From Octopus sinensis (taxonomy: Eukaryota): 64,000 bases of DNA. The position numbers and the translations under genes are program-made. The stretch's first letter is position 1. Every line of letters begins with the position of its first letter. The stretch lies in NCBI RefSeq assembly GCF_006345805.1, contig NC_043017.1:11098001-11162000 (forward strand), given 5' to 3'. A model generated the notes under the pieces. That model saw nothing but the letters and a program-made list of their open reading frames with translations. It was not told the origin of the DNA and did not search any database. Positions 13,464 through 26,440 of the stretch are shown piece by piece.

Positions 13464-14175
13464 TCTCCCGTCACACAGTCTATCGCTCTGCTCCACCACC
13501 GTGCTTCCTCGCGTTTCTATTTTCATTTCACTTTCATATTTATTTCTACCTAAAAACCAAGGCGTTTCCTCCTGAATGGTCTTGACCGTGATTGCTAAAA
13601 ATAACACCTCTCTCACCCATAAAAAAAAGAAGATATATTTATTGAAATGATTGTCAAAAATGTCACCCCTCCCTATCTTACTGCCTCGTTCTATTTCCTT
13701 CTCTCTCTTTTCCTTTCTCCCCCTTGTCTTTTTCCCTTTTCTCTCTCTCTCTCTCTCTTCCCTTTCTTTCTTTCTTTCTCCCTGTTCTCTCTCCCTCTCA
13801 CTCAATCCTTTTTCTCCCTCACTTTCTCTCTCTCTCTCCCGTTCTCTGACTAAGACATTCACTATGTTCTTTTAACTCAGATGTAGGTGTTGGACATAAG
13901 ACATATGATATATCGATTACTCATCATACCAAACATGGGACATTTTTTCTTTATTTGTGTAGGAAATGAAATTCCTGATCGACAATACCTTACCCCAATT
14001 AAGAATCAATCAATGAATTTACAGCTCAAATAAAGGGACCCATTCTTCATTATCGTGTCCGTCCTCCTTTGTTCAGACACAAATCAGCTCTCGTTGATAA
14101 CGACCAACGACATTCCGTTTGTGACTATCTAGAGGATTGCATTCGCCAATATGTGTGTGTCTATATATTTCTCGG

Positions 14176-14290
14176 GGTCGAGAAATAAAGTACCAGTTAC
14201 GCACTGGGGTTGATGTAATCGACTTAATCCCTTTGTCTGTCCTTGTTTCTCCCCTCTGTGTTTAGCCCCTTGTGGGTAGTAAAGAAAGAA
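14176..14290 (+). mobile_element. SINE family B 3' part
   Basis: gtaccagttacgcactggggttgatgtaatcgacttaatcc...cttgtgggtagtaaagaaa. Confidence 0.85.
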
Positions 14291-14300
14291 ATATATATAT

Positions 14301-14348
<48 letters not shown>

Positions 14349-14391
14349 ATATATATATATATATATATATATCCCCCTCTCTCTATATTCT

Positions 14392-14733
14392 TTTACTTGT
14401 GTTAGTCTGCGGCCTTGAAGGGTTTTAGTTGAAGAAATTGACCCCGGGACTTATTTCTTAAAAACCTAGTTCTTATTCTATCGTTCAGTCTTGCCGAACC
14501 GCTGAGTTACGAGAACGTAAACACACCAACACCGGTTGTTAATCCATGATGGGGAACAAACACATACAAAGGCACACACACATATAGATATATACATATA
14601 TAAATAGGATCTGCTTCTTTCAGTTTCCGTCTACAAAATCCACTAACAAGGCTTTAGTCGACCTGGAGTTATAGTAGAAGACACTTGGCCAAAGTGTCAC
14701 GCAGTGGGACTGAACCCGGAACCATGTGGTTGC
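14392..14733 (-). mobile_element. SINE family A copy
   Basis: Reverse complement of family A. Confidence 0.8.
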
Positions 14734-14791
14734 ATATACTTGTATGCACCTCACGGGGGCAAAGTGGCTAACTTCCCTTCGAGTGTTGGGT

Positions 14792-15323
14792 CTTACATAA
14801 ATCTAGGTGTAATCAGAGGAAGATTTAGCTAGTGTTTTTGATAACCACAGAAGCTCCTCAGTTACTATTAATGTGTTATGTCCATATATAAACCTGGAAG
14901 GTGTGATTTGTGGGAGATTTAGCTGTTATTTCTGATAATACAGCGATCGCGGTTCTCCTGTTTGCTGTCCATATATAAGACAAGAAAGTGTAATTTGAGG
15001 GAGATTTAATTGCTATTTCTTACACATATAACGACCACAGAAGCTTCCCACAGTTATTTTAAGATGTCCTGTTCTTTTATAAATTTAAAAGGTGTAATTT
15101 GAGGGAGATTTAACTGCTATTTCTAATAGATACAGCGATAAGACTCGCCATAGCTCGTCTTATGTGTCTTGTCCTTATATAAGATTGAAATGTATATTTC
15201 TACAGAGGCTTTCCGTAATTATTGTCATGTCTGTCCTTTACATCTAGAAAGTGTAATTTTAAGTAAGATTTGGCTGCTATATCTGATAGATATAGCAACC
15301 ATATATGCTTGCCCACGGCTCTA
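14792..15323 (-). repeat. Inverted near-identical duplicate of 12187-12718
   Basis: 532 bp; reverse complement matches 12187-12718, and I saw one substitution. Confidence 0.9.
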
Positions 15324-15329
15324 AGATGA

Positions 15330-15620
15330 GTTCCTTTCGTGTGTTGTGCTTCACAGATGCAATGACCAAGTCTTTTGGCATTATCTCATACATGGAAAGA
15401 AGAACCATCAAACCAAGCAAAATCGCAGTTGTGGCAGACACTGGTGTCATAAAAGTTGGCACCCGTGTCAGAGGCAAGTAATCGCACCACGGTGTCACAC
15501 AATTGGCACATAAAAGCACCCATTACACTCTCAATGTGGTTGGCCTTAAGAAAGGCATCCAGCCCGGTCAAACCATCCAACCCATGCCAGCATGGACAAC
15601 AGATGTTAACTGATGATGAT
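15330..15620 (+). mobile_element. Repeat family C copy, degenerate
   Basis: aaaagcacccattacactc...aagaaaggcatccagc...caacccatgccagcatgg...tgatgatgat. Confidence 0.7.
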
Positions 15621-16089
15621 TACTTGTATATACATATATATATATATATATAAAACCATCCGTCCTTGTTTTCCTTGTATCGTCTGTCTGGATATTTTGT
15701 TGTCCCTTTTTTGTTTCACCTGTCTTTTAATGACAATTTATCTGCAAAAATCAAGCATTGTCCTTACAGCTGTTTCAATTAAGCATAATCTATTAGGATT
15801 AGTTGAAACAGCTGTAAGGGACCATGTTTGGTTTTTCCAAATAATGAATTTTTATTAAATGCTATATCTCCATTTTCTTATGTTCTTTTGAATGATTATA
15901 AACCATGATTTGTATATAAGCCTATTGTTTTATGAATATTAATATTCGCAGCAAATATTCGGTATTAAACAATTAATTGGATGATAACATCCCTTAACGA
16001 GGCTAATTTAACCTCCAGTTGAATTATATGTTTATATATAAATTTATATATCTATATATATATACTTGTATGTGTATTTATATAATCGC

Positions 16090-16120
<31 letters not shown>

Positions 16121-16267
16121 CTTGCATATTTTTTCAACTAATTTTAATTTGTAGTAGGTTATTTTTATTGGATGAAACTTTCTATGTGTATTCCATACAA
16201 TAAGGTTATCTTGAAAGAGGAGTTGTGGTTCTATTGGTAAAATCCCAAATTTGTAATAATATATGCT

Positions 16268-16342
<75 letters not shown>

Positions 16343-16352
16343 CTGGTATGTA

Positions 16353-16799
16353 TAAAATCAAAATAAGCAACAAGGATATCTAGAGGTAATGAGGTAATGC
16401 AGTATGATCGTTTCAAGCAAGTCCATTTAATTGAACAATGCAATCATTACATGAATTTAAATGCAGAGTGATTCTCAGCTGCATAAAGACATAGAATTCA
16501 ATTAAATTAAAACAGATGAACACATTAGTACACATTAGTATAGTTTTAGCTAGTAGCTTCTTAGCTGAAGTGAAACACCATGTTCTTTGTCTGTCTCCTT
16601 AACTTCTTGGCGATTTTAGGTAAAATTATACTAATGTGTCCATCTGTTTTAATTTAATTGAATTCTATATCTTTTATGCAGCTGAGGATTGCTCTGCATG
16701 TAAATTGATGTTATGTTTGCATTGTTCAATTAAATGGAGTTGCTTGAAACGATCTTACTGCATTACCTCTGGATATCGTTGTTGCTTATTTTGATTTTA
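16353..16799. mobile_element. Foldback/MITE-like element with ~190-bp imperfect arms
   Basis: 16353-16557 and 16622-16799 are reverse complements with scattered mismatches and small indels. Confidence 0.8.
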
Positions 16800-16941
16800 A
16801 TCACCTTACTTTGAAATTGTATGGATAATGCTGTACTAAATTATAGTGCCTCAACTCAGGTACCATATTCATCTGAATCTAAATTTTTACTGGTATGTGT
16901 GTGTGTGTATATATATATACACACACACACTGGTATGTATG

Positions 16942-16985
<44 letters not shown>

Positions 16986-17084
16986 CACACTGGTATAATT
17001 ATAAACAGGGTAAATTTTAGCCATTTCTCTGCAGACTAAAAAAAATGAACTACCTTAATTGATTTTCAAACCTTATTTGGTTCT

Positions 17085-17136
<52 letters not shown>

Positions 17137-17837
17137 TATATGTATATACTTATATTTACATATATACTTGCATATATATGTATATTTATATACACACACA
17201 CTCACACATGTGTATATGTATATATATACACAGAAGTGTATATATGCACACTTCTTTATTTCACTCTCATGATGTATGAGTTTGATTGAAATAAATTTGG
17301 CTGCTATATGAAGCTGGCGGCAACCATGCAGAGCATCATTGTAGCCTTTTGCAAGAAGTGGGCTACATTTGACATGCCTCACCATCAGATACTGCTAAAA
17401 TGATGTCAAGGTAATTCTTCCTTGGCACAACATTAAGAAAGCCCCTCGGGCTGCAGTTTGCCCATGACTGACATAGGAACTTCCTTCTGACTTAACAGTT
17501 GTTGACGCTCAAGTCAAGGTTAATTGAACAGAATGCTGATGATCAAAAGGCTTTGTTGTAGTATGCAGAATTGCATTACGTTAATGTGGTATGCCTTCCT
17601 TCCTACCTTGTTTTTAGGACAATAGATTCAAGGATGGTTTGCCTGCTATTTCAAGCACGACAAACGTCCACATCATGGTCATCTTCGTTTCTTGCAGGTT
17701 GTGGTGGGAACCGAGTCCTGCCAATTCGCCTAAAGCTAGAAGGTAGACACTGGATGTGTATAAGATAAATGTACGCATTATATTTCATCTTTCTTTAACA
17801 TTCTCAGTTCAAATTCCGCTGTGGTCAACTTTCCCTT

Positions 17838-18017
17838 TCAGCTTTTCGGCAATCAATTACACACTTTCACTTTCCTTCTACCAAATCCACTGACAAGGCT
17901 TTGGTTGGCCCAAGGGAATAGTGGAGGACACTTGCTCAAGGTGCCATGCAGTGGGACTGAATCCAAGACCACAATGGTTGGAAAGCAAGCTTCTAACCAT
18001 ACAGCCACACCTGCACC
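17838..18017 (-). mobile_element. SINE family A head
   Basis: ccaaatccactgacaaggc...aaggtgccatgcagtgggactgaa...acagccacacctgc. Confidence 0.8.
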
Positions 18018-18742
18018 AATATTTTTAGGATATTTCTTAAGAAAGATATCTGTTCTCCAAATGTCATGAGGAAACAAAGTTGGGTGGCACTGGGGTGGGA
18101 GGTGCAGTATTGTATTTGTATCCCTAAGTAAATTAATTGCTCTATGTATAAGTAAATTCCTTGTTAGCAGCTTTCACCTGGACATTTATCATTTACGTAT
18201 AAATGGAGCTTGTTGGCAAAGGAAGCCTTCGAGTTAATCATTTCTTTTCTGATTATTCACCACCCAATCCATGGGTGGGATTGGTATAATCGATAGAGCG
18301 GTGATAATTAGTCACGTCTCTTTAGCATTTCTGAGTTCAAATCCCGCTGGGAGTCGAACTTGCCTTTCATCCTTCCTGCAGGAGAATTGGGGCGCAATAA
18401 GACTAGTTCTATCAGTTACAACCCTGCAGTGTGTGTATACAGATATATATATGTATTTATATAGTATACGTTATGTAATATATACACCCTCACACTAATG
18501 TTTGTGTTTGTCACAAATTGTTATTCAACGCCTTATTGTATGTATGCATACACACATATATATGTCTAAAATATCTGTCGTCCTAATACATATATGTATA
18601 TATACATGCATGTGTATATACATGTTCTCATATGTACACACACATGTATGTATGTCATTTCTATTTTTTAATTATATAAATCTTTGACTGAGGAGGGAGC
18701 TTCTTTCCAACAAAGATGCATGGCTCCATCTTTGGGATGTAG

Positions 18743-18919
18743 TTAACACAGACAAATTTGCATTTGGAACTTGAGAAAAGTCTTGCATACTTTTATTGTT
18801 CCACTCACAGATTGCACTTGTAATGTACGAATTAGCCGGTCAATTTCACTTTCTGAAAATCCTATCTTATCCAGATCCTCCTTTAAGCATTTACTAACAA
18901 AACCTAGTGCTCCAATTAT
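18743..18919 (-). mobile_element. 3' end of a REL-endonuclease non-LTR retrotransposon (R4/Dong-like)
   Basis: IIGALGFVSKCLKEDLDKIGFSESEIDRLIRTLQVQSVSGTIKVCKTFLKF fits the C-terminal pattern IGALG...L..LG...LQ...GT..I...L of this group. Confidence 0.7.
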
Positions 18920-19397
18920 GTATGTATGTATGTATGCATGCACTCTAATTACCTGCTTATATGTGTGTGTATGTGTATGTATATATATTACAAAACTCTC
19001 CAGAAACCAGAAACTCCTTAAACCTTATCAGAATTAGAGAATCTCAGCTTGGGGCAATTATTGATTAATAAGAACCACTGAACAGAAAGAACACGTGTGA
19101 TCAAATGTGTTCCAACCATAACCATCCTGTTTGAGTTGTATCTAGGACTTATTGTATGTATGTATGTATGTATATATACACAGAGAATCTCGGCATTTCA
19201 ATCTCAATATAGATGCATAGAAATTGCAGGGCCTGTTTTACATAAAGCATATGTACTTCAGTTGTATACAGAAAGTTGTAGCTTTTATTTATTCAAAGGC
19301 TATGTAGTTTATTTATTTATTTTTGACCATCCCAGCTAAAGGCCATGCTGGGGCATCATTTTTAAAATTTACCAATTTATGATATTTCTTTAACCTA

Positions 19398-19598
19398 TGG
19401 CACCAGTGCAGGTGGCACGTAAAAAGCACCCACTACACTCACGGAGTGGTTGGCGTTAGGAAGGGTATCCAGCTGTAGAAACATTGCCAGATAAGTCCGG
19501 AGCCTGGTGCAGCCTTCTGGCTTCCCAGATCCCCGGTCGAACCGTCCAACCCATGCTAGCATGGAGAACGGACGTTAAATGATGATAATGATGATGAT
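19398..19598 (+). mobile_element. Repeat family C copy
   Basis: aggtggcacgtaaaaagcacccactacactc...ggaagggtatccagc...ggacgttaaatgatgat. Confidence 0.85.
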
Positions 19599-20350
19599 GT
19601 AGATATCTAATTAAACGTTTTGAGTCGGATTGTGTAAAGTGTTTGAATGTTAAAAATTAAATAATAGTAAAAATGATAATTATTATAGCCAAAGCTATCT
19701 TGTGAAAAATACTGTCCGTTATGGTTTGAATCATTTGCACCTGCCTATTTGTCAATCTGTATCTGTCCCTATGTCCATCTGCCCCTCCATCTCTCTGTCT
19801 ATTCATTTCTCTATCAGTCTATTTGCCAATCTTCTGTCTAATCTATATACTGTCTCTTTCACTATCTCTATTTATATGTCTATCTGTGTTGCTATCGAGC
19901 TGTCTAACTAATGATATGCTCACAATATATGTAGTAGTGAGGTGAAAATACTTTCATGACTGATATTTATCCAAGCAATTAGTTGACAAGAACTCCCTCT
20001 TATGCTGTTTAAGACACTGAAACAATAAGCAAAAAAGTTAACTTCGATATGTTCAACTTGGTTGATATGCCTCTCCGGAGGTATTTTCTCCCAGCCATAT
20101 TGTTGATAATAATATTAATCAGTCACTACATTGTCCACCTGTCTATCTCTCTATCTGTCCATCTGCCTAATCATTGTCTGTCCAACTATCCATTTGTCAA
20201 TCTATCTGTCATCTGTCCATTTTATCTATCTGTCTGTCTGTTTGTCTGCCTATCTGTTCATCTTTCTGCCTACACACAGGTATGTCTGCACAAGATGCAG
20301 AAAATAACAATTGCAATTTGTGAAGTTTTTCAGCTTCAGTAAAACTAATA

Positions 20351-20700
20351 GGTGCAGGTGTGGCTGTTCAGTAAGAAGCTGGCTTTCCAAACACATGGTT
20401 CTGGGTTCAATCCCAACAGGTATCACTTAGGGCAAATATCTTATACAATAACCTTGGTCTACTCAAAGACTTCTGAGTGGATTTGTTTGACAGAAACTGA
20501 AAGAAGCCTTTTGTGTATGTGTGTTTGTCCCCCTCTACCCCTTGAAAACTGGTCGTGGTTTGTTTGGGTCCCTAGTGGTGTAGCATAAAGAGACTGATAG
20601 GATAAGTGGCAGACTTTAAAAAAAAAAGAAATTCTGGGGTCAATTGGTTTGAGTTGACCATTGGACGCTGCAAACTAATTGACTGAAACAAGTAAAAGGC
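20351..20700 (+). mobile_element. SINE family A copy, degenerate
   Basis: ggtgcaggtgtggctgttcagtaagaagc...gactgaaacaagtaaaagg. Confidence 0.75.
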
Positions 20701-21278
20701 AAAACATATAAATAGCTTTTAGTTTTGTCAGCTGAGTAGAATATGCTTTGTTGATGAGGTGTCATAGAACTGAAACATGTCCATTGCATCATCTATATAT
20801 AGTGTCCAAAAAATTCAGTCAGCTGATCTTGTTGGAGTTACCTCCCTTGATTTTTAAAAAAATGTTTTAAATACCCCAAGATGAAGTTAACCTCACTACA
20901 TTACATTTGAATCAGATTGAATCCCTGCTGTTAACGTTTAATTCTATATCTACCTCTGTCTCTCTCTACCTACCTATCTGTTTTAATATAGCGGTAATGT
21001 ATGCATGTTTGTGTGTGTTCCAAATAATAAGAATGAATTCAACATATCTTTATTATAGTTTACTATTGTAGATAGCCAAGGGTTCCAGTTGAGTTCTGCA
21101 TTGCAAATACCCCCACTTATTCTACCCTTTCAATTTGCATGTTATACACATAGTACGTCGCCACATTTTCAGTCGGGTTGAAGTAAAAATCTGGGGTGTA
21201 CAGCTGTCATTTTTTTGGGTCCATTTGTTGGTCGTGTGATTTAGGACCTGAGTCTGTGATAAAATGTGCTGGGGTATT

Positions 21279-21609
21279 TTAAAACCATGTATTTGTGAGT
21301 GAGGGAGTGTTGACGGTGTGGGAGATATGAAGGTTTGTCAATTCGTCTGGGGCGCATTTTGTCCCATCCCACTTCAACAAAATTGGCCTTGTGCCTAGTG
21401 AAAATTACTTTTTATCTATTTCCCTCTTTATCTATATCTATATGTCTAGTTAGCTATCTAAGCTTGCTAGCCATCTTACTATCTATCTATCTATCGTGTA
21501 CATACACATATGTGTGTGTATGGATGTATGTATTGCTTCTACTTATATTATGTTACCGCTTATCTTGACTACACATCTTCCCACTGTTCTGACACAATCA
21601 GCCAGTTTC
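21279..21609 (-). CDS. Candidate last two coding exons (21557-21609 and 21279-21394); product unknown
   Basis: GT-AG intron of 162 nt with compatible phase gives KLADCVRTVGRCVVKISGTRPILLKWDGTKCAPDELTNLHISHTVNTPSLTNTWF*; AATAAA on the minus strand at 21049-21054. No homology recognised. Confidence 0.25.
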
Positions 21610-21955
21610 CTTTTGAAAGAGAACACTTGTGCGACTGACTGACTGACTGACTATCTTTCACCATTTCGCACACCAAAGGACAGACTTAGTAGCTACTGTG
21701 TATTTATTTGTACGTGGTGTGCATGTGTGGTGTCTGTGTGTGTGTATATCTATATATGTAATTGTGTGTGTAAATGCTTAAACAAAAAGAGATGGACACA
21801 CTTGTCGTTTTCTTTTTCTGTATCCATTAATGACACGACCAAAGAAATCTCTCTCAACACACATACATACTTATACATGCGCACACACATACGCACCAGT
21901 GTTTTTGTTTTAGTGAGAGTACAAAATAGTGTAGAGTATACATATTCTATATATG

Positions 21956-22118
21956 GAGTGGCTGCGTGGTAAGTAGCTTGTTAACCAACCACATGGTTGC
22001 GGGTTCAGTCCCACTGCGTGGCATCTTGGGCAAGTGTCTTCTGCTATAGCCCCGGGCCGACCAATGCCTTGTGAGTGGATTTGGTAGACGGAAACTGAAA
22101 GAAGCCTGTCGTATATAT

Positions 22119-22150
<32 letters not shown>

Positions 22151-22326
22151 TTGTCCTCCTGGTGTGTTTACGTTCCCGTCACTTAGCTGTTCATCAAAAG
22201 AGACCGATAGAATAAGTACTGGGCTTACAAAGAATAAGTCCCGGGGTCGATTTGCTCGACTAAAAGGCGGTGCTCCAGCATGGCCGCAGTCAAATGACTG
22301 AAACAAGTAAAAGAGAAAGAGAGAAA
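21956..22326 (+). mobile_element. SINE family A copy
   Basis: ggagtggctgcgtggtaagtagc...(TA)n...ggcggtgctccagcatggccgcagtcaaatgactgaaacaagtaaaagag. Confidence 0.9.
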
Positions 22327-23169
22327 GATATATATATATATATATATATGCAAGTCTAGTGATTCACTGTCACACCTCAGTTTTTCCCGCCCGTGTATAT
22401 CTATTTTACACACACACACACCACACAATGTTCTCATTTCTTGATGCATTTCCTTACTACTTTCATGACCCTACTGTGTGTGTCAGCATTGTTCTTCAAC
22501 CTCGGGTCAGCCTTCGAAGACTAAACGAATAATAAAAAGACAGCCACTATTCACATGTACATTTTATATCAACCACGTAGTTTAACCGTCAGTCGAACCG
22601 AAATATATTCCCACCATGACCATCTCGATTTATCCAAGCTTTATATACATTATTTGGTGGGGGTTTTTTTCTCCAATTTTAAGGTAGTTCGGTGTGATTT
22701 GGGTGAATTAAGCTGCTATTTCTAGCATGTTTAGCGATCACGTACAGGCTCTGTCGTGGATGGTCGACACCTTGTTTTTAAAGCATTCTCTAGAATTTCG
22801 TAGCTTTCTAGACGAACAATAAACTTATACAATCCCTCTAATGTTGTTTGAAAGAACGAGATGGAATGAACGTGGTTGCTTAACCTTCGAGAAATGTTAG
22901 CCAAGTTTTTACTTCAAATTTCATGTAATTTGGTCTTGAAACTTGAAAAAATGCATTGGATAAAGTATTCTTAGATATTCTTAGTGGCAGAGGGAAGGAC
23001 GTGCTCAGACAGGCTTGACTTGAGGTTAACCATAAAATGACGGATACCGTTTCTCTGGTTGAATAAATGAAGTTTAAACAGACTTCTCCTCTCCCTGTGT
23101 GTGTAATAGAAAATGGATTGAACGTTCACACGAATCTTATTTTGCTATATACATGTGTGTTTGTGTATG

Positions 23170-23517
23170 TGCATCTATCTATCTATATGTCTGTCTGTCT
23201 ATTTACCTATCTGTCTGTCTATCTATCTATCTGTCTATTTATCTATCTGTCTCTCTATCTATCTGTCTGTCTGTCTATTTACCTATCTGTCTGTCTATCT
23301 ATTTATCTATCTGTCTGTCTATCTATTTATCTGTCTGTCTATCTATTTATCTGTCTGTCTGTCTATCTATTTATCTGTCTGTCTGTCTATCTATTTATCT
23401 ATCTGTCTGTCTATCTATTTATCTATATATCTGTCTATCTATCTATGTCTATCTATCTGTCTGTCTATCTATCTATCTATGTCTATCTATCTTTCTATCT
23501 ATCTGTCTATCTATCTA

Positions 23518-23593
<76 letters not shown>

Positions 23594-23595
23594 AC
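23170..23595. repeat. (TCTA)/(TCTG)n microsatellite
   Basis: Direct inspection; explains ORFs at 23067-23732. Confidence 0.95.
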
Positions 23596-23879
23596 CACAC
23601 ATATACGCATGTCCATGCACACATGCCTACGTATACATGTCTCTATACTCATATAGGGTACATTTGACTACACAAACTCCAATATGTATGTATGTATGTA
23701 TGCAGTCACCATTTACTCTTATCTCAATCTAATTATAACCAACATCGAAGACCGGTCCCGGAGGGAATTGTTAGCTGACTGACTTCAATCGTTTGAAATG
23801 TGACAAAATTGAATAATAAAAAACTCAAATCTTCAGCGATTTGGTGTGACAATATTAACGATAATAATCATAACTAGAA

Positions 23880-24360
23880 GTGGGGGGGGAGAAAAAAAGA
23901 TCTATAAAAGGAATTCTCGCCTTCGCCCTACCCACGTCCCTCTATCACACCTCTGGATTGTCACCTAATCGATATTCGTTCGTCTCTCTCTTTGTAGCTA
24001 GCTCTATCTTCGTCGTGTTGTTGTGGTTGTTGTTGAATCTTTTACTTTTTATTGATCTTGAAAATATAATGAAGGGAATGAAAGAAAGAAAGAAAGCAAG
24101 AAAGAAATATATTTTTTTAATAGTTAATCCCCACTTCCGAAATGTTATTATATATTTCCGAGGCGCTGCTGCTGCCTCTATACGAAGTCGGAATAATTTA
24201 TGTGTGTTCACGGAAACCGGGAGCATTTAACAAGGAGAAGAAGAACATTACTACAACTACTGCTGCTGCTATTGAGTTTCTTGATGTTGCTGCTGCTGCT
24301 GCTAGTGTAGCAGCAAGCTGCTAAGACAGCTCTTAATTTTAGTACAAGTCTTCTGACCAC
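23880..24360 (+). promoter_or_regulatory. Candidate promoter/5'UTR
   Basis: TATAAAAG at 23903-23910, ETS-type ACTTCCG near 24132, CpG-retaining non-repeat sequence and (GCT)n/(GTT)n tracts. Confidence 0.4.
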
Positions 24361-24389
24361 TCTGTGTGTGTGTGTGTGGAGAAAGAGAG

Positions 24390-24560
24390 GAAATATGCAT
24401 ATATACATGTATATATATATTAGCACGTTTCTCTCCTCTGTCTACATATCAATAATATATAGACAGGAGAGAAACGTGCTAATATATGTATATATATACA
24501 TGCATACATATATATCTACATATGTTCCTAATTCTACAATACATATGTATTCATATATAT

Positions 24561-24599
<39 letters not shown>

Positions 24600-24697
24600 T
24601 TCATTATATAGATATATTTTTTTATATGTATGTATATATAATATATAGTAACACGTATGCATATACAGCCATATATGTATGCACATATACATGTGTG

Positions 24698-24750
<53 letters not shown>

Positions 24751-24802
24751 ATATATATATATATTATATATATATATATATATATAAGTATATAGTAAAA
24801 CA

Positions 24803-24849
<47 letters not shown>

Positions 24850-24946
24850 ATATTATATATGTATGTATATATATAATATATATATAAGTATATAGTAAAA
24901 CATGCATATATATATATATATGCACATATACATGTGTGTGTGTATG

Positions 24947-24984
<38 letters not shown>

Positions 24985-25290
24985 TATATAGTAAAACATG
25001 CATATACAGCTATATATGTATATACATGTGTGTATGTATATATATATACACATGCACATATACATGTGTGTATGTGTATATATATATATATATAAGTATA
25101 TAGTAAAACATGCATATAAAGCTATATATGTATACATGTCTATATGTATACGTATACATGTGTATATGTATACGTATATATGTATACATGTATATGTATA
25201 TATGTATACATATATATGTGTGTGTGTGTGTGTGTGTGTTTATAGATAGTAACACGTATGCATATACAGCCATATATGTATACACATGCA
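24390..25290. repeat. (TA)/(TG) microsatellite with higher-order units
   Basis: aagtatatagtaaaacatgcatata occurs four times and atagtaacacgtatgcatatacagcc twice. Confidence 0.95.
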
Positions 25291-26225
25291 TATATTTTAT
25301 ATGTATAAGCATACACATAACACCTATTTACACACGACACTCATGAGTGAGGTGCGGTTTTCCCCCCAACCCAGCTGGATGAGCAACTTCCTTCGATATG
25401 TTCTGACTCAAGATGTGGCGATGTGCCCGGGCCATGTCAGCATGGAAAGTGGACGTAAAGCGATGGCGGTGATGATGGTGATGGTGATGATGACATATGC
25501 ATGTGTATGTGGGTGTATGTACGTGTGTGGGTAAATATATGCACGTATGTATGTATGTATATGTGCATACATTTACGAAACATGGCTCATGAATGAATGT
25601 GTGTGTGTATATTATATATGTATGTATATTGTGTACGTGTGTATGTGTGTGTGTATATTATGTACTTGTGCATATGTGTGTGTATATTTTGTGTGTGTGT
25701 ATGTATATTATGTACATGTGTATTATGTACTTGTGTATGTGTGTGTATGTATATTATGTACATGTGTGTATATATATATACACACACACCTATACATATA
25801 TTTAAACACACACTAACACACACACACACACCTATGCATATGTATACATGTATTTAATGTCTGTAATTATTGATATATCTAGATAAACATAATTACATTT
25901 TGAACTCACTGATACAAAAGAGAAAGGCAACTTGGTCAGATTATTATCATCATCATCATCACCACCATCATCATCATTATGCTTTCTAAATCAGTGTGGT
26001 ATTTGCCATTAGATCTGATAATCTATTTACATTTTGTCTGATCAAATTGGCAAAGCTGTACTTCCTAATAAAATATTCAACATGAGTAATGCAGTTGTAA
26101 ACTGGTAATACCATTGTAGCTTTCACTTCGTCGTCTTCAAGGCTGTTGTCATATCAGTAAAGCATTTGATTTTGAGCATCGTTGTTGTTCTTCCTGCCAT
26201 CCTGTTTTTGTCTGTATTTTGTTGC

Positions 26226-26440
26226 TGCCAGCCTCGCCTGGCACCTGTGCAGGTGGCACGTAAAAAGCACCCACTACACTCACAGAGTGGTTGGCGTTAG
26301 GAAGGGCATCCAGCTGTAGAAACATTGCCAGATAAGACTGGAGCCTGGTGCAGCCTTCTGGCTTCCCAGATCCCCGATCGAACCGTCCAACCCATGCTAG
26401 CATGGAGAACGGACGTTAAACGATGATGATGATGATAATG
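26226..26440 (+). mobile_element. Repeat family C copy
   Basis: Near-consensus copy with (GAT)n tail. Confidence 0.85.

Noticed and set aside
19924-20016. Minus-strand candidate exon VLNSIRGSSCQLIAWINISHESIFTSLLHI (and 13550-13594, [15 protein letters not shown])
   Set aside because: Splice signals are good, but there is no homology and no phase-compatible chain linking them.
23067-23732. Long ORFs rich in YLSI/CVY/THI (also at 11.4, 24.5, 30 and 58.3 kb)
   Set aside because: They are translations of microsatellites.
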